Source of the DNA: Octopus sinensis
Lineage: Eukaryota
NCBI RefSeq assembly: GCF_006345805.1
Contig: NW_021832139.1
Location: forward strand, 1,466 to 65,465
Length of the DNA stretch: 64,000 nt
Direction: 5' to 3'
Shown: one piece after another, positions 1 through 14,315 of the stretch
How the letters are laid out: each line of letters begins with the position of its first letter
How positions within the stretch are numbered: position 1 is the stretch's first letter
Program-made: the position numbers and the translations under genes
Notes under the pieces: generated by a model
Databases searched by the model: none
What the model was told of the DNA's origin: nothing
Seen by the model: only the letters and a program-made list of their open reading frames with translations

Positions 1-669
1 ATATAATATATATCTATAATATATAATATTATATATATAGATATGTATATATATAATATATACGCATACACACACGTACATGTACACTGAAGCATGCACA
101 TACACACGTACACACTTTTGTGTGTGAGTGTGTGTGATATTTATATATACATATACACACAAACACTCACTCACACGCACGCACACACACGCACACACAC
201 GCACACACCAAACCACACACACACACACAACACACACACACAAAATATATATATATATATATATATAATATATATATATATATACTATATATATATATAC
301 ACGCATACATACTTATATACATACATGCATGTATTCGTGCATGTATCTGGATAGCCAGGTGTGTCTATTTTGTTTGTGTATAAGGTCAGCGTGTGTTTTG
401 CAGACACAATAATGCCTCTCCTCTAAATGTTTATAACGACCATCTTTCCCCTACGACATCTTTTCCTCAGTCTCTTCTGGTGTCTTCTGGCTAGTGTGTC
501 GATGTGTATATGCTTGTTTCTTTGTTTGTGTCGTTGTGCCTTTGTTTACCAGTTTGTGCCTCAACATGTGTGATTGGGTGTAATTATGATTCTGTAAAGG
601 TCAAAAATGTGTATGCTTACAAATTGATGCTTCAGTTTTATAATTTATCTCTTGTCCTATTTCTTTGCA

Positions 670-920
<251 letters not shown>

Positions 921-2036
921 CTACCAATCTCTATGTTTGTGAGAGTGCGTATATTTGTCTGTCTGCATGTATGTATGTATGTATATTCGCTAGTGTGTGT
1001 ATGTATACTAGCGTATGTATATATTCAGTTGTGCATACAAACATTTGGAGTTTGTATTCTGTTGTGCACACATACGTACACACCAACAACTAATGATATG
1101 AAACTTAAATATACTTAAATATTTTGTGCCGTTACTCTCTTTTCTCATTTTCATTTGATGGGAAGGTACGGTAGACATAGTTGTCTTATCGCATCTGTCA
1201 TAATATACGAATTGACAGAGTAGCTCGAGGTGGTTCTAACATGAGTTTTCCTAATTGTGGAGGAGTTATACGTTTGAGGCATTAGCTTAGTAATTGTGAT
1301 ATAATTATTCCAAAAGATAACAAAAAGTTAAATTAATTGCACCATCCTCATGTACACCTAATTATTTTCGGGTCATTTTCAGCGAAACTTAGGTTACTTT
1401 TCTCTATGATTTTCGTTTGTTGAATGCTTTATGGCTGATAAAATTTATTACTAGATGTTTTATACTTGATATGTTGATTATTTCTCATAAATTTAACTTA
1501 TTCTCATAACTATATCTACTTCATAAATATAATTTATATTAGTTTTACGTTTTTCTGGCTTTCTTAAACACAGGACAAATTTATCGTGTGCTATCATAAT
1601 ATGTGAACTATTAAAATACTCGTGCAGGAGTACAGAGATAGATGTGTGTTGGAGAAATTTCTTTCGACTCTATGCAGACGCAGAATCAATCCAGAAGGAT
1701 AGATTTCATGACATTTTCTAGATTCCCACAAGGAACATCACTAATAAGTTCGTAATAAATACAAAAACATTCACTGACATAAATGGTTTCCCCTGTTTTC
1801 TAACAGATGTAATAGTCATATTAGTCACTGAGAAATATTGTTTTCTTCTACCAGCATAAATATCATCCTTGCCCCCGTAACGCGGAGTGGATGAAAAACG
1901 GACAATTGATGAAGGAGAATGCACTTTATGTTAATTGTCTCGTTTCTCTCTTTATTTTTATGTTTTCGTTTCTCATTGTGTTCAACGTTTTTATGAAGTC
2001 CCGTACCCATATATGCATGTATATATATATATATAT

Positions 2037-2365
2037 ATAAAAACCCCTTCGGTCATGAATGACCATGGGATTGCACCTAGAAAGTTACCCTCCTAGACAC
2101 AAGTCCGGGCAAGGTTGTTTATGGAAGACCAGCAGTCGCCCATGCATACCAGCCTCCCCTCTCCACGCCACCAGTGTTATCCAAGAGAAAGACAAAGGTC
2201 GATACAGCTTGGCACCAGTGACGTCGCAACTCATTTCTACAGCTGAGTGAACTGGGGCAACGTGAAAATAAAGTGCCTTGCTCAAGAACACAACACGCAG
2301 CCCGGTCTGGGATTCGAGCTCACAACCTCACGATCGTAAGCTCGACGCTCTAACCACTGAGCCAT
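2037..2365 (-). mobile_element. tRNA-derived SINE (family C)
   Basis: Head atggctcagtggttagagcg...gagctcgaatccc (A/B boxes), body gttcactcagctgtagaaatgagt; homologue at 37740-38010. Confidence 0.8.
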
Positions 2366-2692
2366 GCATGTACATATATGTATATATATGCATATATTTA
2401 TATATTTTTCATATTATATGATCGAACGCCACGCATCCTTTTGCAAGTAAGTTTTATCTTAAAAAATAAATATTTTTAGTTATGTATATTAAAGTTTTGC
2501 TTGGATTAAACACGTAAATAATTCCTTACCTATCTCTGTGTTTGTATATCTGATTAAGTTGCATTATAAATATTCACATTTAATGTTACCTTAAGCGAAA
2601 TGCGTTTTTGTTTTCACATCGATTAGAATGGTTGTATTCCTCCCGAGTATTTGCTCTGTGATTTAAAACTCTAGTTTCGTCTCATTTTAGTG

Positions 2693-3045
2693 TTGAAGGC
2701 ACGTGACTTAGCGATTAGTGGGTATGCGGCACATGATCGTATAGACGTGAGTTCAATAACCGGCACCGAGTTTTGTCTTTCACCAAAACAATTGTTTTCT
2801 GGGGTTTTTTTTTACGTTGCTCCGGTCCACTCAGATGGTCAAAGTGAAATGTAGCTTTATTTCAAAGGGCCAATCTTGTCACATTCAGTGTCACACTGAA
2901 TCGCCCTGACAACTTACGTTACGGGTACGCTCGTCTGTAAAGTACCCAGCCACTTGAACGTCATTTTCACGAGCAGGCTTTTCTGTTTATCTGATCAACT
3001 GGAACACTCATCGTCGAAACCGATGAAGTGCCAGTTTTTAAAAAT
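2693..3045 (+). mobile_element. tRNA-derived SINE (family D), diverged
   Basis: Decayed A/B-box head, gtccactcag core and tail matching the reverse-oriented copy at 56141-56458. Confidence 0.65.
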
Positions 3046-3994
3046 CAGTTTCTCTCTTCTTGTCAATAAACAAATACCAGTTCGTATCGGACTGGAGTTT
3101 GACAGAGTTTTGAATAAGAATCTTTACAGAATTTCTTCCAGTCTTTTCGCATGTCAAGATCGAATAAAGTCAAATTCAATTTCGAAATTTCATTTCGAGT
3201 TAATAAACGAAATACTACCCCAGGGCAATTGCTTGGCAAGTCTTCCAAATCCTGGAATGAGAATCCATGGGTTACTCCTTCTTTCTCATTCAATTTACAG
3301 GTTGAAAATTAACCGTGCATCACTTGCCTCGTCTCGATGGAAAAAAACAAATGAAGGGTCCTTCAGGATGAGTGATAGTGAAGACCGTCAGTAACAGACT
3401 GAGGGACGTGTCGGTTAGCTCATAGTTCCGGTTACATTTATAAAGAAGGGGACCCATAGTTTCGGTTACATTTATAAGAAAGGGATCCAGCAAAAATAGG
3501 CGAAAAGTCCAATAGAAAAATCTAAATGCTCATAATGGTTTATTGTTCGAAGGATGATCGTATGAACAGGTTTCATGGTTGGACTCGACGGCGCGTTGGA
3601 TAAGTTCCGGACTAAGGAATTGGTTTATTGATTTGAGTATGTCTAAATTATAATATGTTCAGAGTATAACAATTGTGCTGGCGCGCACGCCCACGCAGGA
3701 GCGCACAGCCACATCCATGCAACCACACACACACACACGCAAGCAAGCATACACACATACACAGATATACGATAGGGTTCTTCCAGTTGATGTGTACGAA
3801 ATCCAGTCACTAGGCACACACACACATACATACATACATATATGCATACATACACACATACTAACATACTAACATGCAAACATACATACATACATACATA
3901 CATACATACGTACGTACATACATACATACATACATATATACATACATACATACATACGTACATACATACATACATACATGCATACATACATAGG

Positions 3995-4132
3995 CATAGG
4001 CGTGGATGCGTGCTAAGAAGCTTGCTACCCAACTACACAGTTCTGTCTTGTACTATATATTCGGGCCGACCAGAGCCCTGTGAGTTGATTTGGTAGACGG
4101 AAACTGAAAGAAGCTAGTCGTATATATATATA

Positions 4133-4205
<73 letters not shown>

Positions 4206-4440
4206 GTGTTCTGCAGGTCCAAACCCATAATCACTTGACAATTGATGTTAGTATGTTTACGTCCCCATAACTTACGTTATGTAAATCACAACGTGGAGAT
4301 TTGGCAAAAGGTACCGATAGATTAAGTACTATCTAGGCTTACAAAGAATATGTCCTGAGGTCGATTTGTTTGACTAACGGTGGTACTCCAGCATGTCGTA
4401 GTCAAATGACTGAAACAAGTAATAGACTAAAAGAATAAAA
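3995..4440 (+). mobile_element. tRNA-derived SINE (family B) with internal (AT)n
   Basis: Reverse-complement match to 4975-5421 (tggtagacggaaactgaaagaag; gtcaaatgactgaaacaagt). Confidence 0.7.
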
Positions 4441-4460
4441 GAATACATAGATATATACAC

Positions 4461-4524
<64 letters not shown>

Positions 4525-4629
4525 TTTTTCTTCTATTTTAAATTATTATAAATCTTCCACTGAGGAAAGAACCGGTTTTTAACAAGTATACAAGGCTCCA
4601 TCTTTGGGATGTAGTTAACGCAGACAAAT

Positions 4630-4850
4630 TGATATTTGGAACTTGAGAAAAGTCTTGCACATTTTTACTGTTCCACCCACAGATCGCACTTGTAATGTAC
4701 AAATTAGCCGTCGATATCTCTTTCTGAAAATCCCAGTTTATCCAGATTCTCCTTTAAGCATTTATCAACAAAACCTAGTGTTCCAATTGTTATTGGTACG
4801 AATATGAATTCATAGTTTGGGTAAAGAAACTATAGACATTCTCTTTTTCT
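4630..4850 (-). mobile_element. Degenerate REL-type non-LTR retrotransposon C-terminus
   Basis: LYPNYEFIFVPITIGTLGFVDKCLKENLDKLGF, then frameshifted TLQVRSVGGTVKMCKTFLKF; VPIxIGxLG motif. Confidence 0.55.
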
Positions 4851-4974
4851 TTGATTTTAAAAGAGATATTTATATCTGCAAGGCAGCTCCATCTATGGAA
4901 CTTGAGAAAAGTTTTGCATATTATAATGTTTTGTAGCGTTACTCGTATTTACGTGACGTTGACTTTTGCGTATT

Positions 4975-5206
4975 TCTCTTTCTTTCTTTTACTTGTTTCA
5001 ATCATTTGACTGCGGCCATGCTGGAGCACCGCCTTTAGTCGAGCAAATCGACCCCGGGACTTATTCTTTGTAAGCCCAGTACTTATTCTATCGGTCTCTT
5101 TTGCCGAACCGCTAAGTGACGGGGACGTAAACACACCAGCATCGGTTGTCAAGCAATGCTAGGGGGACAAACACAGACACACAACATACACACGCATATA
5201 TATATA

Positions 5207-5257
<51 letters not shown>

Positions 5258-5421
5258 TACGACGGGCTTCTTTCAGTTTCCGTCTACCAAATCCACTCAC
5301 AAGGCATTGGTCGGCCCGGGGCTATAGCAGAAGACACTTGCCCAAGATACCACGCAGTGGGACTGAACCCGGAACCATGCGGTTGGTTAGCAAGCTACTT
5401 ACCACACAGCCACTCCTGCGC
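4975..5421 (-). mobile_element. tRNA-derived SINE (family B), full length
   Basis: Head gtggctgtgtggtaagtagcttg...ggttcagtccc; near-identical copies at 20755-21243 and 46199-46591. Confidence 0.88.
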
Positions 5422-5569
5422 CTAAGGACATCTAAAGGAAGATTTTGTTTAATAATTACGAAGATAAAGTCAGATAATCAAAAATGTTCAATTCAATATA
5501 CTGTTTATACCAGACCCTATTTGTATTAATTATTACGAAGTGCCTCGTTGAAATATTCAGATGCATTCA

Positions 5570-5954
5570 TCTCTCTCTATATAAACGGCAGTTTGTCTGT
5601 GCGTGTTTCTGTGTGTCTGTTTGCTTGTACCCTCACCCTGACCACGGCTTTCAACCGATTCTGATGAAACTTGACACACACATAGCCCAATGTCATAATT
5701 CAAAACTAACGCAGCGAAAATTTTGAAAAGTTCCCCCAGTTCTGAAAAAAATCGATAAATTCGACATGGAGTCGAGAATCAGAAACACAAACCACAAACT
5801 GTCTAGGGGACGCAACTCCACCTTTTTTAACTCTCAAAAAAAATTTACCATCATTTGTTTCCCATTTTTTTGCTATTTTTTGGCTATAACTCTCTAAAAC
5901 TGCTTTATAGTTATTTCCCTTACAAACCTGAGCAACGCCGGGCGATACTGCTAG
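5570..5954 (+). mobile_element. Non-autonomous Helitron-like element, copy 1
   Basis: A|TC 5' end, CTAG|T 3' end, subterminal GC hairpin cctgagcaacgccggg; near-identical copy at 25392-25775. Confidence 0.8.
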
Positions 5955-6399
5955 TTCCCCGATAAAAATGGTGAACGTTTGTAAATATTTGTCTCTAACT
6001 TGCTTATATTACTAGCTGGATAGTTTCAATCCTGCTTTATATAAAATAACTTTTCATTTCATTTTCGATAAGGATAAAATGTATTCTTCACTAAATTTTA
6101 ATGTCTGAATACCAGTAAGGAAATAAAACCGTAATAGATAACCATAAATAATAAGACAATATATAAATGCACATAGATACATATACACACATCGATCTAT
6201 AGAAATGCGGTGTGTCTCTTTATGTAAGTATATAGATTGTATATAGAATTTTTCTATAAATGTATATAAGTTTCGCAGTTAAGTGTTTTATATCCATTAA
6301 ATAGCTCTTTTCATTAAGTATTTTTTTTTTGTTCCATCACCAGGAAACAATATTTTGTTAATTATGTTGGCGAATTTGATCTCGGCGATGCTTTTAACG

Positions 6400-6434
6400 T
6401 ACATAATGATGGTGATGATGATGATGATGATGAA

Positions 6435-6476
<42 letters not shown>

Positions 6477-6740
6477 GATGACGATGACGATGATGATGAT
6501 GTTGATGATGATCATAGTATTGATGTTTATATGATAGTGATGACGGCGGCGGACAAGACTATAACGATGCAAAATGGGATGATAAAGATAATGATGATGA
6601 TGACAATGATGACAATGGTGATGATGATGATGATGATGATGATGAGGAGGAGGAGGAGGAGGAAGAGGGGATGGATGAACGCGAGTACGACGACGACAAC
6701 GATGACGACGATGACGACGACGATAATGAGGATGATGTCC
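6400..6740. repeat. Compound (GAT)n/(GAG)n/(GAC)n microsatellite
   Basis: Direct reading. Confidence 0.95.
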
Positions 6741-8138
6741 GCTATTTCTTGGCGTTTTATTAATTTTTTTCTTTCCATTTTTGTTTTGTTAAATCGATGT
6801 GTAGATTACGTGCTGTGTTGTCTTAGAAATTGCGCAGACTATGTGTTGTGCGAGATATCAACCGAGCTGCGAGGAGAGAATGTTTAATGATATTGGGCAT
6901 CGATTACTAAAAACTATACGTTATAATGTTTATTTTTTTCTTTTGTAGTTTGGCGTTGTGATTTTCTAGAATGTGCGTTTTATGATATATTTGCTGAACT
7001 GTGACTGTGACGCGTGTTATGATATTGGGTGCCAATCACGTAAAACTATGTGCTGTGGGTAGTGATATCGTGCATCTCCCTCGAGGCTTCGATTCTTCTG
7101 AATGGGTGTGAGAGCTGGATTCTTACAGCTGAAACGGAATGAAAAATCCATGCAGTGATTCAGAAGAACGCTATGTCCCCCGTACACAGATATAGAGAAT
7201 ACAGAACCAACAGCTTTGTAGAGTAATAAGTCAACAAACACATTGGCAGACGGGAACCACTATTCGCGCAGGTAAAATTACGAAAGCTCCTCTGACGCTA
7301 TCACGTATCCCGTCACAACTCCCTGTCCAGAACGGTCATTTCACGGCACAGCTGAAGCAAGAGGAAAAATAGGCAGCTAGGGAAATTCCTGGTTTGACAA
7401 TAACAAGATTTGGGCAGGTCACAATACCAGTGATGACAGCAAATTGCAAATGCTTCTTGTATGACACCCTAAAGATGGCAGTGCCAGTTTAACTGGTGCT
7501 GCAAGTCTCTTAACTGTTAAAGGAACTTGATGATGATGTGATTTTGTAGAATATGTATTGCAGAGTATGTAAACGTGGAGTATGTTACGATATTTAAAAG
7601 TATATGTTGTAATATTTTTATGGATTGAAATATTGTAGGATATATAATGTGATTTTAATATCTGTGTTTGAGAGGGTTGTTATAAGGTATGGCATTAATT
7701 AGATAAGATTAAGCGTTGCGATATATTACGAGGCTTGATTCTATAGAATGTTCCGTACGATTCGATTTTGTGACCTCTGTGCGAGGGATCAATAATGATT
7801 TGGGGGTTTTGTAGTGATTGCGTTGTGATTATACGTTGCAAATGTTGTGCTATTGACGTAATAGTGTCATGTATTCTATAACTTACATGCTTAGTAGTGC
7901 TATTATTCGGAAATAGTTAGCTGTGTTAGTAGATGCAATAGAATCAATGTTTACTTTTTTATCATTGCAAGTTCCTCCATCCAAACAACTTTGCCTTTCA
8001 TCCATCAAGGTCGATAAAATAAATTACAAGCCCAGTCCTAGCGGAGAGAAGGATCCCCACTATCCTATTTCACGGCAAAACTTCTGGCCTTGTGGCATTA
8101 TTGTTATTGTATAATAATAATAATAATAATAATAATAA

Positions 8139-8176
<38 letters not shown>

Positions 8177-8464
8177 TAATAATAATAATAATAATTTATT
8201 TTTCATTTTTCATTTTTTAATATTTTTACTTTTATTTCCTATTTTCATTTCTTATTTTTATATTTTTATGTTTTATTTAAAAAAAAATTCTCTATGTCAT
8301 TCTCCCCCTGTTTCTCTATCACATGTTGTAAATGGACAATTTGGTCAGTATATTTTAATGGTCTACCAATGTACACAGAGCGTTTTTCTGTCCTAGGTGT
8401 CAGGAAGACACTCGGTGAGAAATGGTAACGGAATTCAAAGATGATAATGATGACGATGATGATG

Positions 8465-8524
<60 letters not shown>

Positions 8525-8749
8525 GTAATAATAATAATAATAATAGAAAATTAATTTTGACAATTGATGAAGGGTCGTTCTTTGTATTCTTTGTATTACT
8601 TGTCCCGTTTTCCAGGTTTTTTCTTTCGTTTGCAATTTATCTATTTCTTTTCTTGTTACATATGTTTACTGTTGGTGACGTCCTGTACCCATATATGCAT
8701 GTATATATATATATGTATATATATATAAATACATAATACATACATACAC

Positions 8750-8789
<40 letters not shown>

Positions 8790-8835
8790 ATATATATATA
8801 TATATTTTCGCTCCTTGTTTCTCTTGTTTTTTCGC

Positions 8836-8966
8836 TGTCCCTTTCTGTAGAAGAGCGTAGGCTCGAAACGTAAAAGACTTTTTCTATTCCTGAGCGTTAT
8901 ACTAATACATCTGTTTGTTTTGTACACCTCCTGTCTTCGTCTTTTGTTTTTTTCGTAAACTCTCCT
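8836..8966 (+). repeat. About 130-bp mini-element carrying a hammerhead-like motif, copy 1
   Basis: cttt-CTGTAGA-A-gagc(gtag)gctc-GAAAC-GTA-aaag at 8841-8876; homologous to 12801-12932; lies between (AT)n arrays. Confidence 0.6.
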
Positions 8967-9871
8967 ATATATATATATATATATATAATATATATATATG
9001 CAAAGTAGCTTCTTTCAATTTCCGCTAACTAAATTCACTTGGAGGGCTTTGCTTTATCCAGGGACTAACCCAGAATCGTACTGTTGGAAAACATACGTCT
9101 TAAGATGCATGTACACACAGGAACTGACACAGACACACACACTCACACAAACAAACACACACACACATGCATACAGATATTGGTATGTGTAGTTATATCT
9201 ATTTCTGTGTGCGTGTATGAGTGCGCTATATAACAAAGACCAAATAATGTAGTACTAAAAGACTGTTAATAAATTAATAGACCGTCCATTTTGGATTGTA
9301 CTGAGACGATATTATGATAATGACGTAGACAGGGTAGGAGGCAACGACAGAGTAGTAGGCTGAGATGAGAGATACACAGATGCGGAGACAGAGAGACGTA
9401 GAGCTGCATACATACATACATACATACATACATACATACATACATACATACATACATACATACATACAAAGAGAGAGAGTTAGAGAGAGAGAGAGAGAGT
9501 GAGTGAGTGAGAAAGGTAAATAACAATAAAAGTAAGTATTAAAGTATGTAATAGAACAAAGTAGAGATAATACAAAACATTATGTTGCGTTGATAGAGGG
9601 GTATCACTAACATGACTAACATTACAGAACAAGAGCCAGCAAAAGATGATGTACATGTACACATCTGTATATACGCACACACATAAATACAAACATATAC
9701 CTACATACACACACATATATATGCACGCATACGTCTGTATGTACGCATATAAACTACATTAAGTGTATATATATATTATACATCTGTGTATGTGCTTATA
9801 TATATATTTATATATACATATATATATAATATATATATATTATTACATATATAATATATATACAATATATC

Positions 9872-9904
<33 letters not shown>

Positions 9905-9995
9905 GTATGTGTACATATATCTGAGTGTCTGAGTGTGTTGTAATTATCCTCTCTATCTCTCTCTCTCTCGCTCTCTTTCTCTGTCACACTCTCTG

Positions 9996-10026
<31 letters not shown>

Positions 10027-10699
10027 AAGAGGAGAGCAAGGAAAGAGAGAGAAAGAGAGAAAGAGAAAGATGAATAAGGAGAAAGTCACGGAGATGGATA
10101 GTGATAGATAGAAAAAGGAAGAGAGAAATTATATTGGTGAGTAACTGCTAGAGAAAGGCGCAACATATGGCGAAAGAGCCGTGAAAGGAGATTCTATGTT
10201 AACTAGTGTATGTCCGCTTGTGCTGAGTAAAGTGTCTCATCGTTTATGAGATATTTGCTAGTTTTCCTCGATACATAACTACGGACTATCTAGACTAGTT
10301 TTTAGTGTAACAAAGGGATTAGTTCCTTTGAAGTAGAGGTTTGTGTGCTGTGTAAATATATGTAAGTTAATGAGCGTGTGTATGTGTATGTTGGTGGGGA
10401 GGATGGACGATAGTTCTTTGTCTTTGTATGTGTGCGTGCGTGCATGTGTGTATGTGCGTGTGTGTGCGTGAGTGTGTATGTGTGTATGTGTGTGTTTGGG
10501 TGTGTGTATGTGTATGTGTTATATATATAAGCATTCGATACAAGTGTACCTGCGTTTATGTGACCGTGTATTTAGATAAGTGCATATGTGTATATACTCG
10601 TATATCCATAAATCTCACGCACCCATACCTGCGTATCTATGTGCTTGCTTCTGCACACAACACACACACCACACACATATATATATATATATATCATGT

Positions 10700-10753
<54 letters not shown>

Positions 10754-10772
10754 TACATACACATTTATATTC

Positions 10773-10804
<32 letters not shown>

Positions 10805-10876
10805 CAGAGAAGAGAGAGAGAGAAGAGAGAGAGCTATATACATATATAAATATATGCATACAGACATCTATATGTA

Positions 10877-10917
<41 letters not shown>

Positions 10918-11556
10918 GTATAATATCGCTATATATACATAATCTAATATATAAACGTAAGTATACATATCTATATATATCTGTGGTGTGTGTGTGTCTG
11001 TGTGTTGCGCGTGTGTGTGTGTGTGTGGTGGTGTGTGTTTGTGTGCATATACATATACTCGGATACTGACAGATAGACAGAAACACGTACACACACATAC
11101 ACAGATATATAGGCATAATAGTGCATATGTACGTGCGAATATATATATGTGTGTGCGTGTGTATAAACATACATATACTGAAACAAATGTAAGCAAATAT
11201 CTTTGTGTGTGTATGTTAACCTCTCGTGGAACACATGCATTAACTCTTATTTAAATATAACTATACACGTGTGTCTTATACTCACTACAACTGCATACAT
11301 AGTAACTACAGTATTTAAAAACCGCTGGAGTATTTAATAATTGCTTATGATGGCCGAAGTCTATTAACTAACATTTACTAAAACCAATTCACTGAGGTAT
11401 GACACGATATTTGTTGTAGCTGGATACACGAATTGGAAATGCTTCATGGACTTAGAAATAACAGATCTAGCTCCACTGAACAATTTCGTTTTATTTGTTA
11501 AAATTGAGATGATTTTCACTGACTTGAATAAAGATTGAAATTTATCTTTTTCAATA

Positions 11557-12347
11557 TCTATAAAACTCAAAATGGCTGTGTGTATTTGTGTATGTGTTTG
11601 CTTTTTATGCGTTTCCGCATTTTCATCGGATTTTGATGAAATTTTTTTTTATTGAATGACAAATTTACACAGGAAGGTCACTGCCGCCTTATAGATGCCT
11701 AGAGATACCCACTTCTAGGAGGAAAATCCATAAAACCGAAAGGACCCCCCACCACTTTTTGCCAAAAAATGGCAAAAGTTATACGCGAAAAAATGTTTAC
11801 AGGAACATCCGATTTTCATAATTTTGGTGTCAAAAAGAACCGTCTTGTTGCGAAATTTCAGACCAATGTTTTGGCATTGCCTCTGATTGCAAAGCAAATT
11901 GCGAAGACCTTTGAAAAAAATCGGTTATTCGCATTTTTGCAAAGTTACACATTAGAAAACGTTTTACTGGAAAGTCCTATTTCCTTGGTTTTTACAGCTA
12001 AAAAAAACCATGTAACGGCGGATCTATCAAGTATCTGTTCTATGTCCAAAGGCATCCCTGTGCAACAAAACACCGCGCAAAACTGAAAAAATCGATCTAT
12101 ATTCACTTTGCCCCTTTAAACCTTCAAAACCTTCTCACTGCTTCGGTGGATTGCGTTCAAACTTTATACCCTATTTACACATCCTAAGGATAACCTTCGT
12201 ATACTCCGATTTGCACAGAATTCATCCACGTATGACCAACAATTGAGAAAAACCGAGTAGAAAATCAGTTTTTTCCCCCTTAAATCCCTTATTTTTTACC
12301 GAACATGAGAGCCTAGCTTTTTGGCGACAACTTGTCGGCTTACTTCT
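11557..12347 (+). mobile_element. Probable longer Helitron-like non-autonomous element
   Basis: A|TCTATAAAA start, internal cggattttgatgaaattt motif shared with the 385-bp family, 3' hairpin cgaca-act-tgtcg; terminal CTAG not intact. Confidence 0.45.
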
Positions 12348-12656
12348 CCAAGCAACGTCTCACCGTTGATTACGGTACAGCTCCCTCCGATGCAACTGCT
12401 GGTGAGTAAAGATAGAAGAAAACTACTTTCTCAAGAACTAGTGCAAAGTGGGTAATATCATTAGCTTTAAATATATGTGGTTCCTCCAGTGATCGTCGTT
12501 GTTACTAGTGAGAGTATCTTTTCGTCATAAACTGAGGAGCGATTACAAATTTGAATGGTCTCGGTGTAGGGAATTGCGTCAAAGTGGATTGAATCTCTAA
12601 CGAAACGAATGAAAATTAAAGAAACATGAGATGACGAGCAGTAATCTTTAAACAAA

Positions 12657-12693
<37 letters not shown>

Positions 12694-12739
12694 CACACAC
12701 ACACACATATACACACAACGACATATATATATATATATG

Positions 12740-12771
<32 letters not shown>

Positions 12772-12800
12772 TATCGGTAGCCACTACACGCATTTTTTTC

Positions 12801-12932
12801 TGTCCCTTTCTGTAGAAGAGCGTAGGCTCGAAACGTAAAATACTTTTTCAATTCCTAAGCGTTATAATAATACATCTGTTTGTTTCCTACACCACCTGTC
12901 TTCGTCTTTGTTTTTTTCGTGAACTCTCCTTA
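12801..12932 (+). repeat. About 130-bp mini-element carrying a hammerhead-like motif, copy 2
   Basis: Same motif at 12806-12840 and same downstream tail as 8836-8966. Confidence 0.6.
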
Positions 12933-14098
12933 TATATGTATATATATATATATATATAATGTGACCGCACGTGGAGTGTTGCCGATTTTTCCTTATTTTC
13001 CCTGCTTTCTCTTTGGATTTTCCTGTTTCCGACGAAGAGCTCTGCGCAAAATGTTAGCAACCCTCGTCTTTCACCGAGCGTTAAATTAACGTATTGCTTG
13101 TGCACGTTCCCATTTTCGTTTTTTGTTACTGATTTTCAATTGTTTCTTCTTTGAATTGACTATATTTGTATAGTTGTAACCACTTCCCGTTCACTCATGT
13201 TTGAAACTTATCCTTAAAGAGGAAATAACGTTGGTTGTCACTGGAACATCAAAGCTATCCCTCGGAGTTATTTCCCTTAACGTTAAAACCTTGCCTTCGA
13301 ACGATATGGCGGTCATTTTTGTTGCCCCTCGACCAGATCAAGCAGGAACATCTGTCCTATATCTTCGATATTTCATAAAGCCTATATTGGAGACAGTAGA
13401 TATCCGACTAGCCGAAGGACACCCAGGATTCCTGACTTGTGTGCTGCCTAGACTCATTACAGTGTAAGACGTTATTGACCAAAACACATGCGCGTGCTTC
13501 TTCTCTGAAAACCTTTTGCTGTTCACCACCTTTGATATTTTTTTACCACTTTTCTAGAAGCTCAACAAACCTCACAAGCACTTACTCTGAGTGTCACGTA
13601 ACCCATCATCAGGCAGAACAAACCAATGTTTTATTAACTATTATGTCTTCTATTACCATGAACATATTCGAGTCAAGCTATTCAGATTTATTCTGCTTTT
13701 ACTCGTATTTTGATGTCTATATTAGTTTGCCAATCGCATTATCCAATATTTTCCATTAATTTGGAAATTTAAATCAGCTTTAAATGCTTATTTGATGAGT
13801 TACCAAGTAATTATCACTGCACCATTTATAAACATTAATCAATTATTATATTGTATTAATTATAGTTGTTGGGTATACAATTGTCTAATTCATTTATGTC
13901 CGACGATCGGTTACGAAAAGTTCTAAATAACGGTTTGTGAAGATTGTTCAGCTTGAATACAATAATGTGCGCATGTGTCTGTGCGTGTATGTGTGTGTAA
14001 AAAAGTGAGAGAGAAACAGAGAGTGTGTGTGTGTTTGTTTACCTGTCTATTTCTTTCTATGTTTGCATACACTGCTCTTTAGTATAATAATTATACTT

Positions 14099-14315
14099 AA
14101 GACGACGAGCTGGCAAAAACGTTAGTATGTCGGGCGAAATGCTTAGCGGCATTTCGTCCGTCATTACGTTGTGAGTTCAAATTCCAGCAAAGTCGACTTT
14201 GGCTTTCATCCTTTCGGCCTCGGTAAAATAAGTACCATTTGATCGCTGCGGTCGATGTAATCAACTTACTCCTACCATGAGACATTGCTGGCCTTGTACC
14301 AACATTTGAAACTAA
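14099..14315 (+). mobile_element. tRNA-derived SINE (family A, Nin/Deu-like core)
   Basis: A box tggcaaaaacgttag, B box gagttcaaattcc, core gtcgactttggctttcatcctttcgg...aaaataagtacc. Confidence 0.75.

Noticed and set aside
1718-1945. Minus ORF with a hydrophobic GPI-like tail, and a plus-strand frame with a WMKNG Ig-like motif
   Set aside because: The minus frame lacks a credible acceptor, the plus frame lacks a good donor, and no family is recognisable from so short a match.
2300-2365. tRNA genes at SINE heads (also near 5400, 14110 and 47490)
   Set aside because: A/B boxes are present but there are no complete cloverleaf acceptor stems, and each continues into a SINE body.
3063-3394. Overlapping protein-like ORFs on both strands
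   Set aside because: No recognisable domain; the minus frame starts right after a stop with no acceptor; the plus ORF begins inside a SINE.
12467-12610. Possible minus-strand terminal exon (RDSIHFDAIPYTETIQIC...)
   Set aside because: The acceptor is plausible but the peptide is unrecognised and its phase does not link to the collagen exons.
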